Positions 1 to 9,652 of a stretch of 64,000 bases of DNA are shown here, one piece after another; within the stretch, counting starts at the first letter, position 1; the number at the start of each line of letters is the position of its first letter. Source of the stretch: an uncultured Planctomycetaceae bacterium (lineage in GTDB: Bacteria; Planctomycetota; Planctomycetia; Planctomycetales; Planctomycetaceae); contig CAWFGE010000013.1 of NCBI GenBank assembly GCA_963815195.1, forward strand, positions 672,001-736,000, given 5' to 3'. Under the pieces are notes generated by a model. That model had not been told where the DNA came from. It did not search any database and was given only the letters and a program-made list of their open reading frames with translations. The position numbers were made by a program, and so were the translations under genes.

Positions 1-578
1 TTGATCGGCTTATCGATCTTTTCGGAAAAGGCCTTGTAGATCTCGGCGAACTGCTCCTGGTTCAGTCCCCACAACGGCTGCCCGGCGGGGTTGCCTTGTT
101 TGCCGAACTTTTTGAGGTCCTCGAGATATTTCGACAGGTTCGCGGTCTGATCTTGGGAGAAGACTTTGTCGGGCAGAACGATCCGGCCCTGGCGGTCGAG
201 CCGGCCGATGACCGTGACCCGGCGGAAGGTGCCGACCTTGTCTTCTTTGATCTCCGGCTTCTCGCTGAGGTTGCCGGTGCGGATTCGCACATCGACCCCC
301 ATCTGCTCAAAAATCGGTCGCCACATTTGGGCCTGGAATCCCACGCCGTCCATGCCGCCCACCAGTTCCACGGAGAGCACCGTGTTGGACTGTTTGGACT
401 GTGACTGCTCCGCCAAACGCTGTTTCAACCGGTTGGTCGCGCGGCGGGGATCGTTCGGGCCGGGAAGAACCTTGTACCGCTGCGCCAACACCGGCCGCGC
501 TCCCCCCAGCACGCAGCCTGCCAGCAGGACTCCGCAAAAGACGCCGCGCGAAATGCTGGATTGGATGGGACGCTTCAT
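1..578 (-). CDS. Secreted hypothetical protein, partial (runs off the left edge)
   Basis: Hand translation from ATG 578: MKRPIQSSISRGVFCGVLLAGCVLGGARPVLAQRYKVL..., open to position 1. Signal-peptide-like N-terminus. Absent from the ORF track because there is no stop in the window. Confidence 0.7.
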   Translation of the reverse strand, partial: MKRPIQSSISRGVFCGVLLAGCVLGGARPVLAQRYKVLPGPNDPRRATNRLKQRLAEQSQSKQSNTVLSVELVGGMDGVGFQAQMWRPIFEQMGVDVRIRTGNLSEKPEIKEDKVGTFRRVTVIGRLDRQGRIVLPDKVFSQDQTANLSKYLEDLKKFGKQGNPAGQPLWGLNQEQFAEIYKAFSEKIDKPI

Positions 579-893
579 GGCCTTTTCCCCGTTGTCTTGT
601 GGGAGAAGTGCGGATTCTTAGACTCTCTCCATTCTAGTCCGCAATTCGGGCCGGCGAAAGGCGGTTTCTTTGATACTCAAGTTGTAGGGTGCACGCCTGC
701 TTTTCTCCCGGTTGCAAAATTCGATCATTTTGTCAACCGAGGAAATCAGGGCCCAAAACCGTTGTGTAATGGACTGCGTAGTTTGAGGTCAATGGTTTTT
801 ACATCCATTCGTCCGATATGGAACGAATCTAGCAAAGGGGCTTTGCCAAGACGCGCCGGATCACCCAATCTCAGCCATTCCGAATTGCGGAAA

Positions 894-1129
894 AGGGCCG
901 AAGGTCCGGGTCTATGTCAGCCCAGGGCGAAGCCCTGGGAAACGGTAACGAACAAAATGCAAAAGCCCCAACCGGGGCGGCCCTAAACCGGATTACGCGG
1001 CATTGATGAAGCCGCGCCTGCGCGTGTGCCAGATAGGGCCGCCCCGTTGGGGCTTGCATTTTATCCATTCGTAACTCAGGGCGGCGCTGCGCTTGCCCTG
1101 GGCTGACATAGGGCCGGGCCTTCGGCCCT
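894..1129. repeat. Long nested imperfect inverted repeat (REP/REPIN-like)
   Basis: Outer arms agggccgaaggtccgggtctatgtcagcccagggc / gccctgggctgacatagggccgggccttcggccct. Inner arms atgcaaaagccccaaccggggcggcccta / tagggccgccccgttggggcttgcat. Confidence 0.85.
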
Positions 1130-1245
1130 AAATCCTTTGCTCCTTTGGGGACTTTGTGGCCTTTGCCCCTTGAAATCAGATTCCTTTTGATAGAAGCCTC
1201 ATGAAACGAGAACACGCCGCTTACAGTTGGAGTGCAAGAGAAACA

Positions 1246-1320
1246 AGCCAGCTCCGCGGCGGCGCGGGGCCGGGCGGAGCTGGCTCGGGCTAAAGCAGCC
1301 TGACCTGTTCTTTTCAGGCT
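1246..1320 (-). terminator. GC-rich hairpins downstream of the thioredoxin-YHS gene
   Basis: Stems agccagctccgc...gcggagctggct and agcctga...tcaggct just past the stop at 1336. Confidence 0.4.
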
Positions 1321-1335
1321 TGGCAAATTGACAAG

Positions 1336-2241
1336 TTAGCGGCTGACGAATTGCTCGATCTCATCGACTTCCACAGCCAACTGCTTGTCGGCATAGTAGG
1401 CCGGGTTTTCGAGGAACTCGGTCCGGTTCGCTTCGTTCGCCAACAGGAAGACCTGGTCGCGGAAGAACACGCCGTGGCGAGTCTTTCCTTTTACGGCACG
1501 GCCTTCCTCGGCGAGGATCACCGGATCGCAGCCCAACAGCCGCGGGGCATAGCGGGCGGAGTCGGCTTCGAAGAGTTCCTGCTCTTCCCGGGTGACGAAG
1601 CGGTAAGTCACGCCGAGATAGTCGGCTTCAAATTCCGCCTGCCCCTTTTTCCAGAGCTTGCCGGTGGTGAGGGCCACCGGGCTGTAACCCTCCAGCCCCA
1701 AGTGTTTGGCTCCGGGCTTGGCGGCGATCGCCGGCCCGTTCTTGCGGGTGGATTTTCGGGAGGCGTCGGCCACTTCCGATGCCGGCTTGCCGGGATACTT
1801 GGCGGCGAGTTGCTCCAGGCGGGAAATGTAGGTGGACTCGGAGGTCGCCCCGACGTAGCGGGTGTCCACTTTGCCTGCGGGACTGACCATCACGTCCGTC
1901 GGAAAACCGGACACGCCGAACCGGGAGCGAATGGACGGATTGTGATCGGCATTGACCTTCACCCCGACCACGTCTTTCCCCAGGCGGCGGAGAACGGCCG
2001 GTTCGTTGAGAACGCTGTGTTCCATTTGCTGGCAGGGGCCGCACCAGTCGGCGTAAAAATGCACCACCAGCGGTTTCCCCAACGCTTTGGCCTCGGCCTC
2101 GGCTTGGGAGAAGTTCGTGTGCCAGCCGGACTTTTGCATCCGGTCTTTCGGAGCAGAGGACATATCCGCCAAAACGGACGATGCCAACGTGAGCGAAAGG
2201 CTGCAAATCATGGTCGCGGCTCGCAAACAAGACCTTTGCAT
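1336..2241 (-). CDS. Exported thioredoxin-family protein with C-terminal YHS-like domain
   Basis: Signal peptide; FYADWCGPC motif; C-terminal GLEGYSPVAL...YRF...YAP repeat typical of YHS-domain proteins. Start is ATG 2241 or 2277. Confidence 0.8.
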   Translation of the reverse strand: MQRSCLRAATMICSLSLTLASSVLADMSSAPKDRMQKSGWHTNFSQAEAEAKALGKPLVVHFYADWCGPCQQMEHSVLNEPAVLRRLGKDVVGVKVNADHNPSIRSRFGVSGFPTDVMVSPAGKVDTRYVGATSESTYISRLEQLAAKYPGKPASEVADASRKSTRKNGPAIAAKPGAKHLGLEGYSPVALTTGKLWKKGQAEFEADYLGVTYRFVTREEQELFEADSARYAPRLLGCDPVILAEEGRAVKGKTRHGVFFRDQVFLLANEANRTEFLENPAYYADKQLAVEVDEIEQFVSR

Positions 2242-2937
2242 CGCGGACTCCTTTTCGATGTCAAATGACGAGGACACGCCTCGCCTGGGAGGAAAACGTC
2301 CTCAAACCCCCGGACCTTCAGCCTTCACGACGAACGGAACCGTTGCGTCGAGTTGTGCGCGACCCGAAACGAATTGAATAAAGGGAATTGCCGGCCATCA
2401 GAGAATTGCCGCGAGCCAGCCCAGCTCGTGAGGCAATTTCGCAGGTCCCGCTGCGAAGGATGGCGGTGCAGATTGGAAAGTACTGAGGATGGAGTGAACG
2501 GCCTCTGGTAGGTGGGGAGCTTGGGGGGAAACAAATCAGGTGGAGAGGCTAGCCGGAAAAAATTGAGTTGTCAAATTCCAGCCGCCGATTTTTCGCAAGA
2601 AAAATAGAAAAAAATCCGGGAAACCAGCAGCGACGCCCTAATGGTTTTTGGGAACGCACGCCTGGAAGATTCTGTATAGTTAAACTGGGTAAAATATTAA
2701 AACTGGGTTGGGTAAGATTCTGTGATAAAACGCGGTTTGTCGGAGAATCGCCGACAGGCGGTTTTCCCGGCGGGATTTTAGAACCTTTCTCCGCCCGGAA
2801 GGAACTGAAAAAACCGCCGAATTGGAAATTTTTCGCAACTCTTTGGTAGGATTTGGATTGAGATGCGAAAATCGCCTCCCGGCGGAAGGCGATCCCTGAA
2901 CATTCCTGGAAGCGACAGCAGAATCGAGGCAATCGCA

Positions 2938-5814
2938 ATGAGCTTGTGGACAACTTGCAGAGCCGCTCTTTGGGTTCTGGCCGTCTTGGGAGTCGGGTTG
3001 ATGGGAAACGGCACGTGCGCGGCGGCGAAGTATGATCTGGTCATCCAGGGCGGCAAGGTGGTGGACGGCAGCGGTGCTCCGTGGTATGTCGCGGACGTGG
3101 GAATCCGCGAGGGAAAAATCGCCAAGATCGGCCGGATTGCCGCTGGCGAAGCGGAAACCGTGATCGATGCCCGCGGCCTCGTCGTGGCCCCGGGGTTCAT
3201 CGACATGATGGGCCAGACCGCGACCCCGATGATGGAAGACCCCGGCACTGCGCTCAATCTGCTCACCCAGGGTATCACCACGATCAACGCGGGCGAAGGC
3301 CAATCGGCCGCCCCGTTGAGTGAAGCCGACGGCCGACCGACCGGCTGGACGACGATGGCCGAGTATTTCACGCTCCTGGAACTCAAGGGGCTGCCGATCA
3401 ACGTGGTGCAGACGGTCGGGCACACGCAAGTCCGGCGGATTGTTATTGGCGACGTCGAGCGCCGGCCGACGGCGGAGGAACTGGACCGGATGCGGGATCT
3501 CGTTCGGGAAGGCATGGAAGCCGGGGCCATCGGCGTGTCGACCGCGCTCATCTATCCGCCCGCCGTGTATGCCGACACCGAGGAAATCGCCGCCCTCGCG
3601 GAAGTCGCCGGGGAACACGGCGGCCGATATTACACGCACATGCGAAACGAAGGCGACCAGCTTTTGGAAGCCATCGACGAGGCCCTCGAAATCGGCAAAA
3701 AAGGCAAAACGCCGGTGCACATATTCCACCTCAAAGCCGCCGGCAAACAGAACTGGGGCAAAATGCGGCTGGCGATCGCGAAAATTCAAGCCAGCCGCGC
3801 CGCCGGGCAGCAGGTCACCGCCGACATCTATCCCTACATCAACAACGGCCTGGGGATCGCGGCTTTGATTCATCCCCGGCATTTTTCCGAAGGTTACGAA
3901 AAGCTCCGCCGCCGGCTGGACGATCCCAAACTCCGCGCCGAAATCCGCAAAGAAATGGAAACCACCGGCGGCTGGGAGAACTGGTATCGGCACGTCGGCC
4001 ACGATTGGGACCGCGTCGTCATCGGCCAATCCAACGACAAACGCTACGAAGAACACGACGGCCAAAGCGTCGCCGCGATCGCCAAGGCCACGAACGAAGA
4101 CCCCTGGGACGTGTTTTTCGAACTCGTCAAATCGGGGGCCTTCGCGCTGCCTCAAAGCATGACCGAGGCCAACAAAATCCTCGCGATACAGCAGGAGTTC
4201 GTCTCGTTTTGCACGGACGTGGGACCCGCGGGCGGCAACCGGAACGCATCGCATCCCCGCGCGTTCGGGTCCTTCCCGCGAATGCTCTCCCACTACGTCC
4301 GCGACCTCGGGGCCATTTCGCTCGAGCGGGCCGTCGCCCAAGCCAGCGCGGTCGCGGCGAACGATGTCTTGGCCTACGATCGCGGCCGGATTGCCGAGGG
4401 CCTGGCGGCGGATGTGATCGTGTTCGATTACGAGAACCTCACGGACGCCGCGACCTTTGCGAACCCGCACGCGGTCTCCAAGGGCATGAAGCATGTGATC
4501 GTCAATGGCGTCCCGGTGTTGAAAGACGGCGAGTTCACCAAGAAACGTCCCGGCCGCGTGCTGCGGGGGCCGGGATATCAAGAAGTGAAAGCGTCCTACA
4601 ACATCTCCACCGGACCGACCGACGAACGGCTCGCCCCGTTTGACGAAATGATGCGCGACTTCCTGAAAAAGCACCGCATCCCCGGTGCAGCCGTCGCCGT
4701 CACCAACCACGGCCAACTCATGTTCGCCCGCGGCTACGGTTATGCCGACGTCGCCAACCGCGAACCGGCGACGCCCACGAGCCTGTTCCGCATTGCGAGC
4801 ATATCCAAGCCGATCACCGCCGTCGCGATTTTGCAATTGATCGAACAGAAAAAGCTCTCGCTCGACGACCGCGTGTTCGAGATTCTCGATTTCAACTCCG
4901 AGATCGAAAAGGCCGGCGACGACTTCGACCCCCGGCAGCGGGACATCACGATCCGCCATCTCTTGCAGCACCGCGGCGGCTGGGACCGCGATGAATCGTT
5001 CGATGCGATGTTCCAATCCGTCAGGTTCGCGAAGCAGTTTGATGTGCCCGCGCCGGCGGGGCCGCGGGACATCATCCGGGCCATGCTCCGGCAGAAGTTG
5101 GATTTCGATCCCGGCGAAAGATACGCATATTCCAACTACGGTTACTGCCTGTTGGGGCGGGTCATCGAAAAACTCACCGGCCGGAGTTACGAGGACTCTG
5201 TGAAGGAGCACGTCCTCGGGCCGCTGGGCATCCGGGACATGCGGATCGGCAAAACGCATCTCCCGGGGCGGGCGAAGAACGAGGTGCGGTATTACGATCC
5301 CGAACTCGGGAAGTCGGTGTTTCAAGCCGATTTGGGCGAGAAAGTCCCCTGGGCCTATGGCGGCTGGTATTTGGAGGCGATGGATTCCCACGGGGCCTGG
5401 ATCGCCTCAGCGGTCGATCTGGCCCGCTTCGCCGCCGCGTTCGACGATCCCGCAAAGTGCAAAGTGCTCTCCAAGGAAAGCCTCGATCTTATGCACGCCC
5501 GCCCGCCGGGACTGGCCGGACACGAGGAAAACGGCGACCCCAAAGAGGTGTTCTATTCCCTGGGCTGGATGAACCGCGCCCTTGGCGAGGACAAAACCAA
5601 CCACTGGCACACGGGTTCGCTCTCCGGCACCGCGACGATCCTCATCCGCCGCCACGACGGCAAAAATTTCATCGCCCTCTTCAACACCCGCACCAGCCCA
5701 GTCGCCGCCCATTTGGGAAGAGAAATCGACCCCCTCCTCCACAAAGCCGCGGATGCCGTGAAAGACTGGCCTCGGGAGGATTTGTTCGGCGAGTTTGGAA
5801 CATCGGACCGGTAG
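2938..5814 (+). CDS. N-acyl-D-amino-acid deacylase (amidohydrolase) fused to a beta-lactamase-family serine hydrolase
   Basis: N-half: PGFID, THMRNEG, FHLK, HPRAFGSFPR. C-half: FRIASISKP (SxxK), LLQHRGG, YSNYGY (YxN), HTG. Signal peptide. Confidence 0.88.
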   Translation: MSLWTTCRAALWVLAVLGVGLMGNGTCAAAKYDLVIQGGKVVDGSGAPWYVADVGIREGKIAKIGRIAAGEAETVIDARGLVVAPGFIDMMGQTATPMMEDPGTALNLLTQGITTINAGEGQSAAPLSEADGRPTGWTTMAEYFTLLELKGLPINVVQTVGHTQVRRIVIGDVERRPTAEELDRMRDLVREGMEAGAIGVSTALIYPPAVYADTEEIAALAEVAGEHGGRYYTHMRNEGDQLLEAIDEALEIGKKGKTPVHIFHLKAAGKQNWGKMRLAIAKIQASRAAGQQVTADIYPYINNGLGIAALIHPRHFSEGYEKLRRRLDDPKLRAEIRKEMETTGGWENWYRHVGHDWDRVVIGQSNDKRYEEHDGQSVAAIAKATNEDPWDVFFELVKSGAFALPQSMTEANKILAIQQEFVSFCTDVGPAGGNRNASHPRAFGSFPRMLSHYVRDLGAISLERAVAQASAVAANDVLAYDRGRIAEGLAADVIVFDYENLTDAATFANPHAVSKGMKHVIVNGVPVLKDGEFTKKRPGRVLRGPGYQEVKASYNISTGPTDERLAPFDEMMRDFLKKHRIPGAAVAVTNHGQLMFARGYGYADVANREPATPTSLFRIASISKPITAVAILQLIEQKKLSLDDRVFEILDFNSEIEKAGDDFDPRQRDITIRHLLQHRGGWDRDESFDAMFQSVRFAKQFDVPAPAGPRDIIRAMLRQKLDFDPGERYAYSNYGYCLLGRVIEKLTGRSYEDSVKEHVLGPLGIRDMRIGKTHLPGRAKNEVRYYDPELGKSVFQADLGEKVPWAYGGWYLEAMDSHGAWIASAVDLARFAAAFDDPAKCKVLSKESLDLMHARPPGLAGHEENGDPKEVFYSLGWMNRALGEDKTNHWHTGSLSGTATILIRRHDGKNFIALFNTRTSPVAAHLGREIDPLLHKAADAVKDWPREDLFGEFGTSDR

Positions 5815-5962
5815 GTTGTTCTTCTTGCTTTTCATTGGAAGAGCGCGCAGGTCAAAGGTCACCAAATTGAGGACGGAAACACAAAACGACCGCCTTGGTT
5901 CGCTCGGTGCAGCGCGGTAAAAACTTTCCGCCAATGCGGTCGAAACCCGGCATGGAACTCCG

Positions 5963-5968
5963 TATAAT
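5963..5968 (+). promoter_or_regulatory. Candidate sigma70 -10 box for the psd operon
   Basis: Perfect TATAAT about 50 nt upstream of the psd start in a GC-rich background; no clear -35. Confidence 0.35.
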
Positions 5969-6018
5969 AGGGGGCTTCCGTTCGATTTCCGCACGCCTCC
6001 AACCTGCTTTTGGTGATA

Positions 6019-7080
6019 ATGTCCGAGTCCGCCCCGCAATCCTCCTCCGTTTCTGAATGCACCGAATCGAACGCCGTCCCCCACCCGTCGACCGGAGAGC
6101 GGCTGCCTTTGGAACCCCTGGACCCTGAGTTGACGACGATCCAGCCCGGCGGGGGGGTGATAATTCACCTGGAGCAGTTTTGGGGCCGATTTCGCCGGGT
6201 CTATTTGAGGATCTTCCGGCGGGGCTACGTGAAACAGATGACCGAGCTGCGCCGGGGCGAACGCAATCCCTGCCCGCATGCCGTCCTCGATCCGCGGGAT
6301 ATGAAATACTATCAAAACCAGCCGGGCGGGTATTATTGGAATCCGGAGGACGACCCCTTCCGCTGGCGGGACAATTTGCCGTTCGCCCGCGCGGGGCTGG
6401 CGGAGCTTTTCGTGTTTTCCGTCTTGACGTTTGGCGGCGCGATTGGCCTGGCGGCGCTCATTCTCAGCCAGGGCTGGAGCGGAGCCGGGGCAAAAGTCGC
6501 CTGGCTCGGCGTGGCGGCGATTTCGGTCGTCGGGCTGTTGATCGTGTGGTTCTTCCGCAATCCCAACCGCATCATCCCGCACGGCGAAGGCGTGGTCGTT
6601 TCCCCGGCGGACGGCAAAGTCGTTCTGATCGAAGAATTGGAGCACGACGAGTTCGTAGGCGGGCCGGTCGTTCAAATCGGCATCTTTCTGTCGATTTTTA
6701 ACGTGCACATCAACCGCACGCCCATCGCCGGCCGCGTGATTGGGCTAAAGTACAAAAAAGGCAAATACCTAAACGCCCTCCGTCCGGAATCCGCCAAGGA
6801 AAACGAACAACTCGCGGTCAAGCTCGAAGGCACCACAGCCCCCTATCGCCGGATGGTCGTCCGCCAAATCACCGGAGCCATCGCCCGCCGGATTGTGTGT
6901 TGGCTCAAACCCGGCGATGAGCTGTCCAAAGGCGAACAACTCGGCATGATCAAACTCGGCTCCCGAACCGAACTCGTCCTCCCCAAGGAACCGGGCCTCA
7001 AAATCCTCGCCAAACTCGGCGAACACGTCCAAGCCGGCAGTTCGATTTTGGCGGAGTATGTTTCAGAGGCCAGAGGCTAG
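6019..7080 (+). CDS. psd: Phosphatidylserine decarboxylase proenzyme with N-terminal extension
   Basis: FFRNP, VVSPADGKV, IGIFLSIFNVHINR, KLGSRTEL (GS self-cleavage site). Neighbour of pssA. Confidence 0.92.
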   Translation: MSESAPQSSSVSECTESNAVPHPSTGERLPLEPLDPELTTIQPGGGVIIHLEQFWGRFRRVYLRIFRRGYVKQMTELRRGERNPCPHAVLDPRDMKYYQNQPGGYYWNPEDDPFRWRDNLPFARAGLAELFVFSVLTFGGAIGLAALILSQGWSGAGAKVAWLGVAAISVVGLLIVWFFRNPNRIIPHGEGVVVSPADGKVVLIEELEHDEFVGGPVVQIGIFLSIFNVHINRTPIAGRVIGLKYKKGKYLNALRPESAKENEQLAVKLEGTTAPYRRMVVRQITGAIARRIVCWLKPGDELSKGEQLGMIKLGSRTELVLPKEPGLKILAKLGEHVQAGSSILAEYVSEARG

Positions 7081-7097
7081 GGATCAGAGGCCAGGGA
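7063..7097. repeat. Heptamer tandem array (tcagagg/ccagagg), left arm
   Basis: tcagaggccagaggctagggatcagaggccaggga; overlaps the psd stop; reverse complement resembles 8038-8080. Confidence 0.75.
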
Positions 7098-7204
7098 GAA
7101 TTGATATTGGTCCGTTGTCAGCCGTCCCTAGCAAGAGGCGAGCGGAGGAGAGGCAGCCCGTTCGTAGCATAGAATGATTAAGTTTGCTTCCAAAGGAACC
7201 TCAC

Positions 7205-8023
7205 ATGCCTGCAACTGCTGAAACAATCTGGATGGTTCCGGTCTACTTGCCATGCCTCCAGCCGCCATTGACTTCCGGAATTATCGCTCAAGCGGAGAAG
7301 CAAATTGGATTCTCGCTTCCATCGGAGTATATCAGTCTGCTCAAGAAACAAAACGGCGGCTACATTCGCTTTACGTTGCCGGAAACTGCTCATCGGATGA
7401 TTGCTGGGATCGGCCCCCATTTTCCATCATTGACTGCTTTTGACTGGGAAGAATGTCAGGACTATGTCAGTTATCCACTCGATGGACTCATCCCGTTTGA
7501 TGGCGATGGGCATTGGCATCTTTGCCTTGATTACAGAAATCACACCTCTTATCCCGCCGTGTCCTTGATCGACGTTGAATGCGACAGCCAAGCGACCATT
7601 GCCAATACCTTTGCCGACTATTTGGATCAACTTCAAGTGATTGCTGACGACGAATTCGTGGTAGAAAATGCCACGGAAGTCGATGAGGTCATCTCGCGGT
7701 TGTCGGAGGCTCTTGGCGTTACTTTTGATCCGCCTGACCGTTATGCTCACGGGTATCCGATCTATCGGGCTAACGCAGGCAAAAGGAAAAGGCGAGAGTG
7801 GATCTGGCTGAGTCCCAACTTAGTCGAGCGCGGCTTCGTGCGAGAGGATGATCCCCGGCACTCGGAACTTTGCAATCTCATGCCCGGTGAAGCTCCGCGT
7901 TATCCAGAAATTCCAGATTCGAGTTTCATCTTGAGTGCCACGGATGGGATTCGGCCCAAGGTGATTGATGCCTGCAATCAAGCAGCATTCAACATTCGAT
8001 CCCTGCGTGAATATCTCAACTGA
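7205..8023 (+). CDS. SMI1/KNR4-family (SUKH immunity-like) protein
   Basis: IAQAEKQIGFSLPSEYISLLKKQNGG...LIPFDGDGHWHLCLDYR...IANTFADYL. RBS aagga before ATG 7205. Visibly more AT-rich than its neighbours. Confidence 0.85.
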   Translation: MPATAETIWMVPVYLPCLQPPLTSGIIAQAEKQIGFSLPSEYISLLKKQNGGYIRFTLPETAHRMIAGIGPHFPSLTAFDWEECQDYVSYPLDGLIPFDGDGHWHLCLDYRNHTSYPAVSLIDVECDSQATIANTFADYLDQLQVIADDEFVVENATEVDEVISRLSEALGVTFDPPDRYAHGYPIYRANAGKRKRREWIWLSPNLVERGFVREDDPRHSELCNLMPGEAPRYPEIPDSSFILSATDGIRPKVIDACNQAAFNIRSLREYLN

Positions 8024-8037
8024 GGTTCGTCTGCCTT

Positions 8038-8080
8038 TCCCTGACCTCTGACCTCCGGCCCCTGACTCCTGATCTCTGAC
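8038..8080. repeat. Heptamer tandem array (cctctga/cccctga), right arm
   Basis: tccctgacctctgacctccggcccctgactcctgatctctgac; ends 2 nt before the pssA start. Confidence 0.75.
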
Positions 8081-8082
8081 CC

Positions 8083-8940
8083 ATGAGCAAAAAAGAAAAA
8101 ATGTTCGCCGTCTTGCCCACGCTCTTGACGTTGGGCAATGCCACTTGCGGGTTCGGGGCGATTACGTTCGCGGCGAAATTGGGGCCCACGCCCACGGGGA
8201 ACCTGGGCGGGAACGAACTCTTGATCGCCGGGACGTTGATTTACCTGGCGATGCTGTTCGACGCCTTCGACGGGAGCGCGGCCCGGCTCATGAACCAGAC
8301 CAGCGACTTCGGGGCCCAGCTCGACAGCTTGTGTGATGCGATCAGCTTCGGCGTGGCCCCGGCGTATCTGATGCTGCAAATCATGGTGCATTCCTTCGGG
8401 CCGAACGTGTCGCCGCCTTTTAATTATCATCCGCGCCTCTTATGGATGATCGCCGTCTTGTTCGTGCTCTGCGCGATCCTGCGGCTGGCCCGCTTCAACG
8501 TCGAGACCGACGAAGACGACTCCCACGAGTTCTTCAGCGGCCTGCCTTCGCCGGCGGCGGCGGGCGTGGTCGCCTCGTTCCCCTTTGGGATGTACGGGCT
8601 TCGCGACTTGATGATCGACAGCGGAAACAGCGACATCACCTACACCATCGGCGGCTGGGTGCTGCCCGCCATCAAACTGCTGCTGCCCTTGATCACATTG
8701 GCGGTGGCGGTGCTGATGGTCTCCCGCGTCCGCTATGCCCACGTCTTCAATCAATTGTTCCGGGGCCAGAAAAGCCGCCGACATATCATCCAGTTGGTGC
8801 TGACGGTGGTCATTATCGTCGCAGCCCACGAACTCGCGCTCCCGGTGATTTTCTGCTATTTCGCGTTCGCGGCTCCCATCGCCTGGTTGTGGAAGGAGAT
8901 TTCCTCGCACGGCGGCCTTGGCAAACCGACGGAGGCTTGA
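8083..8940 (+). CDS. pssA: CDP-diacylglycerol--serine O-phosphatidyltransferase
   Basis: LPTLLTLGN, DAFDGSAAR...FGAQLDSLCDAISFGVAP (CDP-alcohol phosphotransferase motif), LRLARFNV, FSGLPSP. Confidence 0.93.
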   Translation: MSKKEKMFAVLPTLLTLGNATCGFGAITFAAKLGPTPTGNLGGNELLIAGTLIYLAMLFDAFDGSAARLMNQTSDFGAQLDSLCDAISFGVAPAYLMLQIMVHSFGPNVSPPFNYHPRLLWMIAVLFVLCAILRLARFNVETDEDDSHEFFSGLPSPAAAGVVASFPFGMYGLRDLMIDSGNSDITYTIGGWVLPAIKLLLPLITLAVAVLMVSRVRYAHVFNQLFRGQKSRRHIIQLVLTVVIIVAAHELALPVIFCYFAFAAPIAWLWKEISSHGGLGKPTEA

Positions 8941-9000
8941 CATACTCGGAAGATGGAGCAAACTCTCTTTCCCTCCCGACTTCAGTTATGCTCTCCCTCC

Positions 9001-9639
9001 ATGTTTACAGGCCTTGTTGAAGACTGCGGAACCGTCGCCGAGATCAAACCCCAAACCGCCGGCCTCTTGCTGGTGATTGATGTGGGCGGCACGCTGCTGG
9101 AAACCGGGCCCGAAGATTCCGCTCCCTCCCGCACCCAAATCGGCGACAGCGTCGCGATCAACGGATGTTGTCTCACCGTTGTCGAAATCGATGGGAACCA
9201 CTGGGCCTTCCAAGCGGGGACCGAAACCCTTTCCAAAACCAGCCTGGGAAAACTTTCCGCGGGGGATCCCGTGAACCTCGAACGCTCGCTCCAAGTCGGG
9301 GCCCGGTTGGGCGGGCATATCGTCCAGGGGCACATCGACGGCAGCGGCCGCGTCGCCGAGATTTCCCGCGAAGGGAGCGCAGAGGAACCCTGGGTCCGGA
9401 TGGTGTTCGAGGTTCCCGAAACCCTGACTCGGCAAATGGTCCCCAAAGGCTCGGTTGCGGTGGACGGCGTGAGTCTGACCTTGGTCGATGTGGCGAAAAA
9501 AACCTTCAGCGTCGCCCTCATCCCCCACACCCTGGAAGTCACCACCCTCGGCAAAAAAACACCCGGCGACCCCGTGAATATTGAAACCGACATCCTAGGC
9601 AAATACATCCAAAAACTGCTGAGTGATTTGCAATCGTAA
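9001..9639 (+). CDS. ribE: Riboflavin synthase (alpha chain)
   Basis: Invariant N-terminus MFTGLVE at 9001; GDSVAINGCCLTV, VNLERSL, GGHIVQGHID, KGSVAVDGVSLT. Confidence 0.95.
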   Translation: MFTGLVEDCGTVAEIKPQTAGLLLVIDVGGTLLETGPEDSAPSRTQIGDSVAINGCCLTVVEIDGNHWAFQAGTETLSKTSLGKLSAGDPVNLERSLQVGARLGGHIVQGHIDGSGRVAEISREGSAEEPWVRMVFEVPETLTRQMVPKGSVAVDGVSLTLVDVAKKTFSVALIPHTLEVTTLGKKTPGDPVNIETDILGKYIQKLLSDLQS

Positions 9640-9652
9640 CAAGAGACAACAA

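Noticed and set aside
2280..2930. Small ORFs or ncRNA in the AT-richer divergent intergenic region
   Set aside because: The ORFs lack RBS and coding-like composition, and no recognisable RNA motif was seen; most likely promoter DNA.
2680..5391. Long antisense ORFs (903 aa here; also 34826-37444, 44560-47376, 62044-63891, 26329-28215)
   Set aside because: Shadow frames of well-supported genes on the opposite strand, expected in high-GC DNA, with no recognisable motifs.
4600..5814. Bona fide beta-lactam resistance gene
   Set aside because: SxxK/YxN/HTG motifs are shared by the broad serine-hydrolase family; the fusion context suggests a peptidase or amidase.
7098..7200. Integron attC site for the SMI1/KNR4 cassette
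   Set aside because: No matching RYYYAAC...GTTRRRY pair with an internal palindrome could be found on either side of the gene.
8941..9000. FMN riboswitch upstream of ribE
   Set aside because: Only 60 nt of intergenic space, with none of the conserved RFN motifs.
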